NCBI GenBank assembly: GCA_045430295.1
Contig: JAILXX010000003.1
Location: 213,383-277,382 of the forward strand
Source of the DNA: Cellvibrionaceae bacterium
Lineage (GTDB): Bacteria; Pseudomonadota; Gammaproteobacteria; Pseudomonadales; JAILXX01
Reading direction: 5' to 3'
Length of the DNA stretch: 64,000 nt
Shown: one piece after another, positions 17,715 to 27,573 of the stretch
Layout: each line of letters opens with the position of its first letter
How positions within the stretch are numbered: position 1 is the first letter of the stretch
The notes under the pieces: generated by a model
The model's input: only the letters and a program-made list of their open reading frames with translations
What the model was told of the DNA's origin: nothing
The model's database searches: none
Program-made: the position numbers and the translations under genes

Positions 17715-17996
17715 TTAACTGGCTAGCGCAGCAACCCGTGAGAGCTGTTGTAAATGCTCAAATCGTGAGCCGACATCGACCTCTTCCATTTCGCTCAGCT
17801 CTAAATCGCTGAGTTCTCGGTGCTCTATTTCACTTGAGCACAAGTGATTCCACTGGCTTACGGCGTCCTTGGCCGATGTTTGGTGTGGTCCTGAGCTTTC
17901 ACAGGTATCACAGTGTACAAAACAGCTGTTTTGGGTGTGATGAACGTGAATATGTTCACTGCCACAGAATGGGCAGTTGAAAGCAGCCTGTGCCAT
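17715..17996 (-). CDS. Lar-family-like zinc-ribbon protein (restriction-alleviation-like fold) with C-terminal extension
   Basis: CPFCGSEHIHVHH..CFVHCDTCESSGPHQTSAKDAVSQWN matches the Lar-family pattern CPFCG..x..C..C...GP....eAi..WN. The call is pattern-level only. Confidence 0.5.
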   Translation of the reverse strand: MAQAAFNCPFCGSEHIHVHHTQNSCFVHCDTCESSGPHQTSAKDAVSQWNHLCSSEIEHRELSDLELSEMEEVDVGSRFEHLQQLSRVAALAS

Positions 17997-18538
17997 GGCT
18001 GGCTCCCCCCTTTGTTAAAAATGCAGAAAAGGTAAGAAAGAAAAAATGTCAAAAAATGCAGACATGGAAGTACTCCGAAGGCAAAAGTGCCAGAGCAACT
18101 TTGTTTGTTAGGTGATCGTTCGTTAGGGAATCGATTTAAGGTTGGTTGAGATGATTGTGTGGGTTGTGTCGAGAGAGATTTTACAGAGAGAAAAAATACC
18201 TGTTGCAGGCAGTGCTGCAAAGAAAAAGAACAACTATTTCTTACGGTATTCACCTTCGGCATAACTGGGTGTCCGAATGTATTCACTCTCAGTGTAGGTG
18301 ATTCATGAATCAGTGCAACCAGATTGTCACAATTAATGACACAAAAGTTGCCATATAAGGGAATGGGGATTAAGCGGCAATAGGCCAGCCGCTGGGCATT
18401 CAGCTATGGAATAAGGTAAAATTCCAGCTTCTTTCCAGTGCTGGCTTTTACAGTACTGATCACGTTTGCCGTTCTTGCTGTAATGAGAAGAGCGCGAGCA
18501 CTAACCTACATGAGACATGAGAGAGATCCTAGAGAGCC

Positions 18539-20056
18539 ATGGCTACGGTAATCAAGCAAAACGACCTGATTGAAAGTATCGCAGACGCCCTGCAGTACAT
18601 TTCTTACTACCACCCGAAAGATTTTATCCAAGCAGTCAATGAGGCTTATGAAAAAGAGCAAAGCCCTGCTGCGAAAGATGCCATGGCACAAATTCTGATC
18701 AACTCCCGTATGTGTGCGGAAGGCCACCGTCCAATTTGTCAGGACACTGGTATCGTGAGCGTGATCATGAAGATTGGTATGGATGTTCAGTGGGACGCTG
18801 ACATGAGCATCGAAGACATGATCAATGAAGGTGTTCGTCAGGCTTACAACCACCCAGACAATAAACTGCGTGCGTCTGTACTGGCAGACCCAGACGGTGC
18901 CCGCAAAAACACCGGCGATAACACCCCGGCCATGATCACTTACAAGGTGGTGCCGGGTAATACCGTAACCTGCCACGTAATGGCCAAAGGTGGTGGTAGC
19001 GAAGCAAAAACCAAATTCGCCATGTTGAACCCATCGGACTCTGTGGTGGATTGGGTATTAAATGTAGTACCTACCATGGGGGCAGGTTGGTGTCCGCCGG
19101 GTACTCTCGGTATTGGGATCGGTGGTACAGCTGACAAAGCCTTGGCCATGGCCAAAGAAGCCTTACTAGACCCGATCGATATTCACGATCTGCAGGAGCG
19201 CGGAGCGGAAACACGCGCAGAAGAGCTGCGTTTAGAGTTGCATGAAAAAGTAAACAAATTAGGTATTGGCGCTCAAGGTTTGGGTGGTTTAACCACCGTG
19301 TTGGATGTGAAAGTTAAAGACTGCCCAACCCACGCTGCCAATAAACCCATCGCCATCTTGCCTAACTGTGCCGCCACGCGTTTGTGTAAGTTCACGCTGG
19401 ACGGCTCAGGCCCCGCACTACAAACACCACCAAGTTTGGAAGACTGGCCAGAAATTACTTGGGAGGTGGGTAATGCTCGTCGCGTAAATCTAGACGAAAT
19501 TAGTAAAGAAGATGTGGCGGAGTGGAAGACGGGAGAAACCGTTTTGTTATCCGGTAAATTACTGACGGGTCGCGATGCCGCCCACAAACGTATGGTCGAC
19601 ATGATCGCCAAAGGCGAAAAACTGCCCGTAGATTTTACCAATCGCATGATTTACTACGTAGGCCCGGTTGACCCTGTGGGGGATGAAGCCGTTGGCCCTG
19701 CTGGTCCAACGACTGCAACTCGTATGGATAAATTCACTCGTACCATGTTGGAAGAAACCGGCCTGATTGGTATGGTGGGTAAAGCTGAACGTGGTCCTAT
19801 GGCCATCGAAGCCATTAAGGACAATAAAGCAGTTTACCTGATGGCTGTAGGCGGTTCTGCATACTTGGTATCGAAAGCCATTAAAGCCTCAAAAGTAGTC
19901 GGGTTTGAAGATCTGGGTATGGAAGCCATTTACGAATTTGAAATTAAGGATATGCCGGTAACAGTCGCAGTGGATGTAAACGGCGAATCGGTTCACCAAA
20001 CCGGCCCGCAAATCTGGCAGGCCAAGATCGAAGAGCACGCTATCGACGTTAAGTAA
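18539..20056 (+). CDS. fumA: class I (Fe-S) fumarate hydratase
   Basis: The 505-aa ORF has the Fe-S hydrolyase pattern CQDTGI and fused alpha/beta domains (GGTADKAL, LLSGKLLTGRDAAHKR). Confidence 0.85.
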   Translation: MATVIKQNDLIESIADALQYISYYHPKDFIQAVNEAYEKEQSPAAKDAMAQILINSRMCAEGHRPICQDTGIVSVIMKIGMDVQWDADMSIEDMINEGVRQAYNHPDNKLRASVLADPDGARKNTGDNTPAMITYKVVPGNTVTCHVMAKGGGSEAKTKFAMLNPSDSVVDWVLNVVPTMGAGWCPPGTLGIGIGGTADKALAMAKEALLDPIDIHDLQERGAETRAEELRLELHEKVNKLGIGAQGLGGLTTVLDVKVKDCPTHAANKPIAILPNCAATRLCKFTLDGSGPALQTPPSLEDWPEITWEVGNARRVNLDEISKEDVAEWKTGETVLLSGKLLTGRDAAHKRMVDMIAKGEKLPVDFTNRMIYYVGPVDPVGDEAVGPAGPTTATRMDKFTRTMLEETGLIGMVGKAERGPMAIEAIKDNKAVYLMAVGGSAYLVSKAIKASKVVGFEDLGMEAIYEFEIKDMPVTVAVDVNGESVHQTGPQIWQAKIEEHAIDVK

Positions 20057-20071
20057 GCAGCGTAAAAAAAA

Positions 20072-20094
20072 CCGGGCATTTGCCCGGTTTTTTG
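20072..20094 (+). terminator. rho-independent terminator
   Basis: CCGGGC-attt-GCCCGG is followed by T6 and preceded by A8. Confidence 0.85.
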
Positions 20095-20121
20095 TGTCTA
20101 AAGAAAACGACGGAGAGATGA

Positions 20122-20466
20122 GTGATGTCTGAACTTAGCGGAAAAACTTGCGAAGCTTGCCGTGCTGATGCTCCTAGCGTGAGCAAATCGGAAATCGACG
20201 AGCTGATGTTACAGCTGGATAATTGGGATGTTGTTGAGCAGCAACAAATACCTCAGCTGCGTAAAGTTTTTAGCTTTAAAAACTTTGTGGAAGCGATTGC
20301 CTTTACTAATCAGGTGGGAGAAATGGCCGAAGCCGAAGGTCATCATCCGGCGCTCACCACGGAATGGGGAAGGGTAGAAGTGCGCTGGTGGACTCATAAA
20401 ATTCATGGTTTGCACAAGAACGATTTTATTTGTGCCGCTAAAACCGATGATCTTTACTCCAGTTAA
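20122..20466 (+). CDS. phhB: pterin-4-alpha-carbinolamine dehydratase
   Basis: The roughly 113-aa ORF has the motif [16 protein letters not shown]. The start is GTG at 20122 or ATG at 20125. Confidence 0.85.
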   Translation: MMSELSGKTCEACRADAPSVSKSEIDELMLQLDNWDVVEQQQIPQLRKVFSFKNFVEAIAFTNQVGEMAEAEGHHPALTTEWGRVEVRWWTHKIHGLHKNDFICAAKTDDLYSS

Positions 20467-20509
20467 GAAAACCTATTCCAAGAATAACGACGAATAAAAA
20501 GATAGCATT

Positions 20510-21931
20510 TTGAAAACCCTCTATTGGCACGACTACGAAACTTGGGGCACTGACCCCGCTCGGGATAAGGTCTCACAATTCGCCGGTGTTCGCACCGATG
20601 AAAGTTTAAATATTGTCGGCGAGCCCTTGATGACCTATTGCAAGCCTGCGGGGGATATCTTACCGCATCCTATGGCTTGTTTGATTACAGGAATTACACC
20701 GCAAAAGGCATTGGCTGAAGGCGTAAGTGAAGCTGAGTTTGCAAAGCTGATTCACAATGAATTATCGCAACCAGGAACTTGTGGTGTAGGTTATAACAGT
20801 TTACGCTTCGACGATAACGTCAGTCGAAATTTGTTTTATCGAAACTTTTATGACCCTTATGAGCGAGAGTGGAAAAATGGTAATTCCCGTTGGGATATTC
20901 TCGATATGGTGCGTTTAACCTATGCATTGCGTCCAGAGGGTATCGAGTGGCCTACCAAAGACGACGGCTCCCCCAGTTTTAAGCTAGAGCAATTAACGGT
21001 TGCCAACGGTCTAATTCACGAAGCCGCTCACGACGCGCTTTCCGATGTGTATGCCACCATCGATATGGCAAAACTTATTCGTGACAAACAACCCAAGCTC
21101 TACGAATACGCTTACAACCTGCGATCAAAACGTGCGGTGCAAGAAAAACTTAATGTTGCAGAGCGTAAACCTTTTTTGCATGTGTCCGGCAAGTTACCTG
21201 CCAGCCAAGGTTGTACAACCTTGATGGTGCCCCTGTGTTGGCATCCTACGAATAAGAACGAAGTAGTAGCCTTTGACCTCCAATACGATCCTGAGCCACT
21301 GCGCCAGCTAGATGCGGATACCCTGCGGGAAAAACTTTATACCCCAAGTTCAGAGTTGGCAGAAGGAGAGCAGCGTATTGGGTTGAAAAATATTCGTATC
21401 AATATGTGTCCTATTATTGCTCCGCCCCCTATGCTGGATGCTAAGGCTGCTCAACGTCTGAATATTGATAAAAGTCTGTGCGAAAGCAATTGGCAGCGTA
21501 TCCGAGAATGGGACCTCACCGCGAAAATGCATAATGTATTTTCGGATCATCGTGAATTTGAAGAAGCGGATGTTGAAACGCAATTATTCAATGGGTTCTT
21601 CGGTGATGATGATAAGTTGAATATGGGGCGTATTCGCCAAGCGGGGGAAAGCGAGCTTTCTAATCAGTCATTTTCGTTTGTTGATAAGCGATTGCCTGAA
21701 TTATTTTTGCGCTACAAGGCCCGTAATTTTCCTTCTGCGTTGACGGAGGAAGAAACCATGCAGTGGCAGGAGTTCTGCTATCAGAAACTTACTGAGCCAG
21801 AGGCTGGCTATTTAGGGTTGGAAGAATACTTTATTGAGCTTGATAAATTGGAGACGGAATACCAAGGGCAGGGGGATAAATTGGCAATTCTTGAAGCGCT
21901 CCGAGACTATGGAGATTTATTGCTAGCCTAA
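20510..21931 (+). CDS. sbcB: exodeoxyribonuclease I
   Basis: The 473-aa ORF has a TTG start. YWHDYETWG (Exo I motif), the DEDDh pattern (HDALSDV) and an SH3-like/helical C-terminal region are present. Confidence 0.9.
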   Translation: MKTLYWHDYETWGTDPARDKVSQFAGVRTDESLNIVGEPLMTYCKPAGDILPHPMACLITGITPQKALAEGVSEAEFAKLIHNELSQPGTCGVGYNSLRFDDNVSRNLFYRNFYDPYEREWKNGNSRWDILDMVRLTYALRPEGIEWPTKDDGSPSFKLEQLTVANGLIHEAAHDALSDVYATIDMAKLIRDKQPKLYEYAYNLRSKRAVQEKLNVAERKPFLHVSGKLPASQGCTTLMVPLCWHPTNKNEVVAFDLQYDPEPLRQLDADTLREKLYTPSSELAEGEQRIGLKNIRINMCPIIAPPPMLDAKAAQRLNIDKSLCESNWQRIREWDLTAKMHNVFSDHREFEEADVETQLFNGFFGDDDKLNMGRIRQAGESELSNQSFSFVDKRLPELFLRYKARNFPSALTEEETMQWQEFCYQKLTEPEAGYLGLEEYFIELDKLETEYQGQGDKLAILEALRDYGDLLLA

Positions 21932-21960
21932 ATGGATTAAGGATAAGGATTAAATGTTCA

Positions 21961-22500
21961 ATGATTGAAACCAAGAGACTTATTTTAAGAGAATGGCAGC
22001 AAGAGGATTTGCTGCCATTTTTTCATATGAATAATGATCCCGAAGTCATGAAGTATTTCCCTTCAGCTCTAATACAACAGAAAAGTGATGAATACGCAGA
22101 GGAGATTCAGCGAAGAATATCTATTAATGATTGGGGTTTCTGGGCTGTTGAGCTTAAGGGTGACCGCTCATTTATCGGTTTCGTGGGACTGAATCAGCCA
22201 GGGATCGATTTGCCATTTACACCTTGTGTTGAAGTAGGCTGGAGGCTTACCAGAAACGCTTGGGGAAAGGGGTATGCCTCAGAGGCTGCAAAAAAATCTC
22301 TTGAATTTGCGTTTGGTGAGCTTGGTTTGCACGAAGTGGTGTCATTTACGCCTGTGATTAATTCACGATCACAAGCTGTTATGAAACGTATTGGTATGAA
22401 GAATACCGGTGAGAACTTTCTCCATCCTTCTGTTCAGAGGGAAAGCCCTTTAGCGGAACATGTTTTGTATAAGATTTCTCGAGTGGAGTTTAAGATCTAG
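21961..22500 (+). CDS. GNAT family N-acetyltransferase (RimJ/RimL-like)
   Basis: The 179-aa ORF has TKRLILREW, WGFWAVE and WGKGYASEAAK acetyl-CoA-binding-type motifs. Confidence 0.8.
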   Translation: MIETKRLILREWQQEDLLPFFHMNNDPEVMKYFPSALIQQKSDEYAEEIQRRISINDWGFWAVELKGDRSFIGFVGLNQPGIDLPFTPCVEVGWRLTRNAWGKGYASEAAKKSLEFAFGELGLHEVVSFTPVINSRSQAVMKRIGMKNTGENFLHPSVQRESPLAEHVLYKISRVEFKI

Positions 22501-22506
22501 TCATGC

Positions 22507-23508
22507 TTACTTCTTTACCAAATCAAACTGTAGTTCGTAACTGCCCGGCTTTACTTTAGTTTCGTAAATTTTGGTTTTGCTGAAGTTTTCTCGAGCAATA
22601 TCCAATAGCACTTTTTTGTTCTTCATAGGCATGTTGATGCCAAAATAAATAGCTTTGATGTCGTTTTGTTCGAGTTTTACATCTTCGAAAGCGCTGTCAG
22701 CGGAACTGCCAAAGGTATCTTCTACGGTTTTTAAGCAGCGCCATTCGTTTTCTAGATGATTGGCTTTGGCCTTGGAGGTGAATTTCTTTTCGAAGTGAGA
22801 CTGTGCATCGAAAGCGCGGTGATTAATTACCGCATCCATCTGTTCTTTTAGAGAGGTGATTTCGGGTGGAGTCACTTCGTAGCTGACTTTTTTAGGGTCT
22901 TTGATGGTTGCGTATTCATCCACCATAAACTCAATGGCGATGCCCCGGTGATCGTGGGCAAAGTGCTGCCAAGCTGCCAGGTTGGTAGGTTTGTCACAGA
23001 AACTGCAGATGCGCAGGGTGCGAGCGTATTTACGCCAGTCGGTCATGACATCGTCGAGAATCTGCAATTGGTGGTCCACCATACGCCCCAGTAACTCTTT
23101 GAGAACGTCCTGGGCTTCTTCTGGTGTGTGGAAGCGCTCTTCCTCTCGCCAGCGGCGGATGGCATTCACTAAGGGTGTGTTACCCACGGGTTTAGCTGGG
23201 GAGAAGATCATATTGCTGGCGGCTTTCAGTACCACAGACAGTAAGTCTTCTGGGCCAAACGCCAGTTGAGTTTCTGTATCAAGCTCGAAAGGGTCTTTAA
23301 AAAGGTGTGGTGCACTCCAGCGTAGGCTTTTACTGCTGAGGATTTTACGGGCTGTATCAGCACTGCAAAATTTGACTAAGGAGTTAGGTGTATCGAAGGC
23401 CACAGACGAAAGATCCCGATCAGTATGATTTTTAAACACTTTTTTATTTTTTAGCTGTGATGATTCTAGCTGACAGAGCAGGGGTAGCCAAGGCCTGTAA
23501 GTGGACAC
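22507..23508 (-). CDS. DUF2971-like protein of unknown function
   Basis: The 333-aa ORF has an N-terminal LVKFCSADTARKILSSKSLRWSAPHLFKDPFE, which matches the DUF2971 hallmark (..lrfs.p..fNDPfE). Confidence 0.6.
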   Translation of the reverse strand: MSTYRPWLPLLCQLESSQLKNKKVFKNHTDRDLSSVAFDTPNSLVKFCSADTARKILSSKSLRWSAPHLFKDPFELDTETQLAFGPEDLLSVVLKAASNMIFSPAKPVGNTPLVNAIRRWREEERFHTPEEAQDVLKELLGRMVDHQLQILDDVMTDWRKYARTLRICSFCDKPTNLAAWQHFAHDHRGIAIEFMVDEYATIKDPKKVSYEVTPPEITSLKEQMDAVINHRAFDAQSHFEKKFTSKAKANHLENEWRCLKTVEDTFGSSADSAFEDVKLEQNDIKAIYFGINMPMKNKKVLLDIARENFSKTKIYETKVKPGSYELQFDLVKK

Positions 23509-23598
23509 TCGGTAGAATAGTGTTAACCGGTGCTAGTGTTAACAGAGTCTTGCTGTAGTAGAATGCCTGCGTTTTCGCGTTCGTTATGAGGTGTTTCT

Positions 23599-24621
23599 GT
23601 GGATTTCCGTGGCTCGCATATTTTATCTATCCAGCAGTTCCAACGATCCGATATTGAGCGAATCTTCGCCGTAGCCGATCAGATGGAGCCCTATGCTCAG
23701 CGCAAGCGGGTGACTAGGGTACTCGAAGGTGCCATTCTCGGTAATATGTTTTTCGAGCCCAGTACCAGAACCCGTGTCAGTTTTGGCTGTGCGTTTAACC
23801 TGTTAGGTGGGGAGGTGAGAGAAACCACCGGCTTTGAAACTTCAGCCATTGCAAAGGGCGAATCTCTCTATGACACGGCGCGGGTGCTCTCAGGCTACAG
23901 TGATGTGATTTGTATGCGTCATCCCGCCGCAGGCTCAGTGGCCGAATTCGCCGAAGCTAGTCGTGTGCCTGTGTTGAATGGTGGCGATGGCCCCAATGAA
24001 CACCCCACCCAGGCTCTATTAGACCTGTATACCATTCGTAAAGAGCTTCAGTCGAAGGGCCGCACGCTAGACGGTCTTCGCTTGGCGATGATCGGCGATC
24101 TTAAGCACGGCCGAACGGTGCACTCCTTGTCTAAGTTACTCTGTCTTTTCGGTAATCTGGAAGTGACTTGTGTTTCTCCAAAAGAATTGGCTTTACCTGA
24201 ACCCCTTGTGGATGAAATGCGTAGTGCCGGTTTGAAGGTGATTGTGAGTGATCGGTTAGAGGAGAGCATTGCTCATGTGGACATTGCTTACTCTACCCGT
24301 ATTCAAGAAGAGCGATTTGGGAGTAAGGAAGAAGCGGATTTGTATCGCGGTAAATTTCGACTGAATCAATCTATTTACACTCAGCACTGTGAGCCTAATA
24401 CAGTGATCATGCACCCCCTGCCTCGGGATTCTCGAGCTGAAGCGAATGAGTTAGATAACGATCTCAACGATAATCCGAATTTGGCCATCTTCCGCCAGGC
24501 GGATAACGGTGTGTTAGTACGCATGGCACTATTTGCTTTGGTACTGGATGTGGTTGATGAGGTGGATAAACATTCTCAAGAGGTACGCTGGTTTAATGCT
24601 CGGCAAGCTGAGCGTGGCTAG
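23599..24621 (+). CDS. pyrB: aspartate carbamoyltransferase catalytic chain
   Basis: The 340-aa ORF has a GTG start. Motifs are FFEPSTRTR, HPTQALLD, GDLKHGRTVHS and HPLPR. No pyrI follows. Confidence 0.8.
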   Translation: MDFRGSHILSIQQFQRSDIERIFAVADQMEPYAQRKRVTRVLEGAILGNMFFEPSTRTRVSFGCAFNLLGGEVRETTGFETSAIAKGESLYDTARVLSGYSDVICMRHPAAGSVAEFAEASRVPVLNGGDGPNEHPTQALLDLYTIRKELQSKGRTLDGLRLAMIGDLKHGRTVHSLSKLLCLFGNLEVTCVSPKELALPEPLVDEMRSAGLKVIVSDRLEESIAHVDIAYSTRIQEERFGSKEEADLYRGKFRLNQSIYTQHCEPNTVIMHPLPRDSRAEANELDNDLNDNPNLAIFRQADNGVLVRMALFALVLDVVDEVDKHSQEVRWFNARQAERG

Positions 24622-24655
24622 TAAACTTTTCACTACAACTTAGAAACATAAAAAA

Positions 24656-24680
24656 GCCCGGTAATTTACCGGGCTTTTTT
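24656..24680. terminator. bidirectional rho-independent terminator
   Basis: GCCCGGTA pairs with TACCGGGC, flanked by A5 and T6, between convergent genes. Confidence 0.85.
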
Positions 24681-24707
24681 ATGTTTGTTTTATATACTGT
24701 TTGGTAT

Positions 24708-25994
24708 TTAGTTGAGGAAGCGACGAACAACTTGCAGTAGCTCATGAGTATTGAGGGGTTTTTTCACAACCGCCTGACCGCCATAGGTATTGGCTTTCTC
24801 AATAAGATCACCTTCTTCAGAGCCGGAAACAAAAATCACCGGGATGTCTTGGGTTTCGGCATCTTCCTTTAAACGCTGGCATATCTCGTATCCATCTAAC
24901 CCAGGCATCATGACATCCATGAGGATAAGGTCGGGCTTGAGCTGGCGTGCGAAGTCCAAGCACTCGTCGCCACCTTCTGCGAGAATAAGGTTGGCTGTTT
25001 CCTGAAGAATACTGCTAATCATCATGAGGTCGACCTTATTATCGTCCACAATCAGGATAGAGCGTTGTGCGCGGCTTTCTTCTGCGGCAACACGGTTGCG
25101 ACCTTTTTCTTTGGCTACGTACAGCTGAGTATCCGCTTGGTTAATCAATTCTTCTAGCGTCGTTGAGCGTGGTGCAGTGGTACTTGCAACACCAATACTG
25201 GCGGTTACGTGAGAAGCCGCAGTGGAATACGCATGAGGAATGTTACGTTTTTTCAGGGCATTTTTAATGCGATTGGCTACCTGTAACGCGCCGCCCATAT
25301 TGGCGTTTTCCAGTAGCACAATAAACTCTTCACCACCGTAGCGAGCCAGTAGGTCGCCTTGGCGTGGCAGGATATCTTTCAAGGTGCTTGCAACTGCAAT
25401 AAGGCAGTTGTCGCCTTCGATATGGCCGTAGTTATCGTTGTACTGCTTGAAGTGATCCAGGTCTAGCATAATCACCGATAACGCGTGGTGTTGGCGGGCA
25501 GCAATGGCCCAGGCCTGGCGAGCGCGTTCGGTGAAAGCTCTGCGATTCAGCAAATGGGTGAGAGGGTCTTGTGAACTCAACTCGGTGAGTTGCTGATTGA
25601 GTTTCTCCATCTCGGCACGCATGTTAATAATGCGTTCCATTGCTCTGAGTTTGGCTTGTAGGATTACCCGACTTACTGGCTTGATCAGGTAGTCATCACC
25701 ACCAGCATCAATACCTTCTTCGAAGTACTCGTCATCATCCTTTCCGGAAATAAAGATAATGGGAATCCAGTGGTCATGCAGTTCGTCGCGCATTAGCCTG
25801 GCTGTTTCAAAACCGCTTAATCCAGGCATTTCTACGGCCATAATCACCAGGTCGTAGTTGCGGGGGGTCATTTCGATAAGGTGGAGGGCTTCTTCACCGG
25901 TTTCAGCAAACTGTACGGTGTGCCCCATGGTAATTACTTGAGTACGCAATCCTGCGCGAAGGGTCGAGCTATTTTCGACAATAAGAACTTGCAT
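24708..25994 (-). CDS. REC-GGDEF-REC hybrid response regulator / diguanylate cyclase
   Basis: The 428-aa ORF has an N-terminal receiver (DLVIMAVEMPG) and a coiled-coil linker. The GGDEF domain has an intact GGEEF and an RxxD I-site (RQGD). A second receiver sits at the C-terminus (ILIVDDN..DLILMDVMMPGLDG). Confidence 0.85.
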   Translation of the reverse strand: MQVLIVENSSTLRAGLRTQVITMGHTVQFAETGEEALHLIEMTPRNYDLVIMAVEMPGLSGFETARLMRDELHDHWIPIIFISGKDDDEYFEEGIDAGGDDYLIKPVSRVILQAKLRAMERIINMRAEMEKLNQQLTELSSQDPLTHLLNRRAFTERARQAWAIAARQHHALSVIMLDLDHFKQYNDNYGHIEGDNCLIAVASTLKDILPRQGDLLARYGGEEFIVLLENANMGGALQVANRIKNALKKRNIPHAYSTAASHVTASIGVASTTAPRSTTLEELINQADTQLYVAKEKGRNRVAAEESRAQRSILIVDDNKVDLMMISSILQETANLILAEGGDECLDFARQLKPDLILMDVMMPGLDGYEICQRLKEDAETQDIPVIFVSGSEEGDLIEKANTYGGQAVVKKPLNTHELLQVVRRFLN

Positions 25995-26194
25995 GCAGCG
26001 GCCAAGATAATTGTTTTATTAATTATGTATATGAGTATATAGCGCAAGAATACTGGGTCTGCCGGGAGGATTCTACAAAAAAACGTGGTTTTTATCTGGG
26101 CTGGTTTAGCTATACTGATCTGTCACGTGGTTTCAATTCGATCGCGATTTGATCATGGTGTGCTCTTTCAAAAGAGCCAAAAGAGGTTTTATAC

Positions 26195-27400
26195 GTGGTA
26201 TCTCTGAATCAACTGGCAGCTTCCCCAAATATCCTGGCGGATGACTACACAGCAGCAAAAGTGTGTAGCCGAATTATGCTTACGGGGCATATTCACCAGC
26301 CCACGCCAGATTGTGCCAAGAAGGGTTACGAAGAACACTGGCATGCGCTGAATAGCTATGGCGAAGAGCGTATGGAACTGGTGTTCAAGAAAGCTTGGGA
26401 AGTGCGAGCAGGCTTTGCAGACCTGATTGATACAAAACCAGATCGCTTGGCGTTAGATGTGAGTGTTCACGACCTTGTGATTCGTTTTCTCTCGGCTTTA
26501 CCCCTGCGGAAACGCCCCAAAATTGTTACCACCGACGGTGAGCACCCCTCGGTCTTAAGGCAGTTACGCCGCTTGAAGCTTGAAGGTATCGAAGTGGTCG
26601 AAGTGTCTGAAGAGCCTGCCAGTACCGTGGTAGAGCGAGTTTCTGCGCTTGTGGATGAAAGAACTGCGGCAGTAATGATTTCTTCGGTATTTGCCGATAC
26701 TGGCCATCAAGCCTTGGAGCTGGATGTACTGGCTCCAGTCTGTCGGGCTAAGGGCGCCCAACTCTTTGTGGATGCCTATCAAAGCGTTAATGTTCAGGCT
26801 TTTTCCATTTCGGATTACGACCTGGAAGATGCCTTTGTGGTTGGCGGCGGAGCCAAATACTGTCAGTTGGGTAATGGAAACTGCTTTATGCATATTCCTG
26901 ATACTCAGGACTGGCGTCCTGTGATTACAGGCTGGTATGGCATTTTTGACCCTACCCAGAAGAACGCTTCCCGGGAGCCGTTGCTCTATGCGGGGGAGGG
27001 TGAAGGTAAGCCAGCCCAGCGGTTCGATGGTTCCACTTACGATGCGATGCCTCACTTTCGAGCCGCCCACGTTTTCAACTACTTCAAGCAGAATGGCCTG
27101 ACACCAGAGTTATTGGAAGATAACAACCACCGCCAGCTGTACTTGATGGCTAACAGTATCGAAGGCTGTGACTTTGACCCTAATGTGATTTGCCTCAGTA
27201 CTGATGTGGAGTATATGGGAGGCTTTATCTCTTTCCGCACTCCTCACGCAAGGTTGTTAAGTGAGCAGCTGCGTGACGTCGGGGTCCATACGGATTATCG
27301 CCAGGGCTTGTTGCGTATGGGGCCGGCTCCATACCTGTCGGATGAGCAGCTTTTAGACGGTATTCATGCTCTTGAAGAGTGTGTGCGTAACCTGCGGTAG
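26195..27400 (+). CDS. fold-type I PLP-dependent enzyme (aminotransferase class V / kynureninase-like)
   Basis: The 401-aa ORF has a GTG start. GGGAKYCQLGNG resembles the kynureninase-family PLP-lysine region. The family assignment is tentative. Confidence 0.5.
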   Translation: MVSLNQLAASPNILADDYTAAKVCSRIMLTGHIHQPTPDCAKKGYEEHWHALNSYGEERMELVFKKAWEVRAGFADLIDTKPDRLALDVSVHDLVIRFLSALPLRKRPKIVTTDGEHPSVLRQLRRLKLEGIEVVEVSEEPASTVVERVSALVDERTAAVMISSVFADTGHQALELDVLAPVCRAKGAQLFVDAYQSVNVQAFSISDYDLEDAFVVGGGAKYCQLGNGNCFMHIPDTQDWRPVITGWYGIFDPTQKNASREPLLYAGEGEGKPAQRFDGSTYDAMPHFRAAHVFNYFKQNGLTPELLEDNNHRQLYLMANSIEGCDFDPNVICLSTDVEYMGGFISFRTPHARLLSEQLRDVGVHTDYRQGLLRMGPAPYLSDEQLLDGIHALEECVRNLR

Positions 27401-27573
27401 TATCCTTGTTAGCTCCCTCGTTAGGCCTTGATTATGTGCCTGCCGTCTGCTCGCACTGGCAATCCCCCTGTGGATTCGCTAAGGTGGCGCCCTTAATTTT
27501 GGCCTCCGAGCCTTCTCTAATTATCGGTAATAGTTACCGGTAGTCGTTGCCGGTAATTTGCAGTAGAAATACT

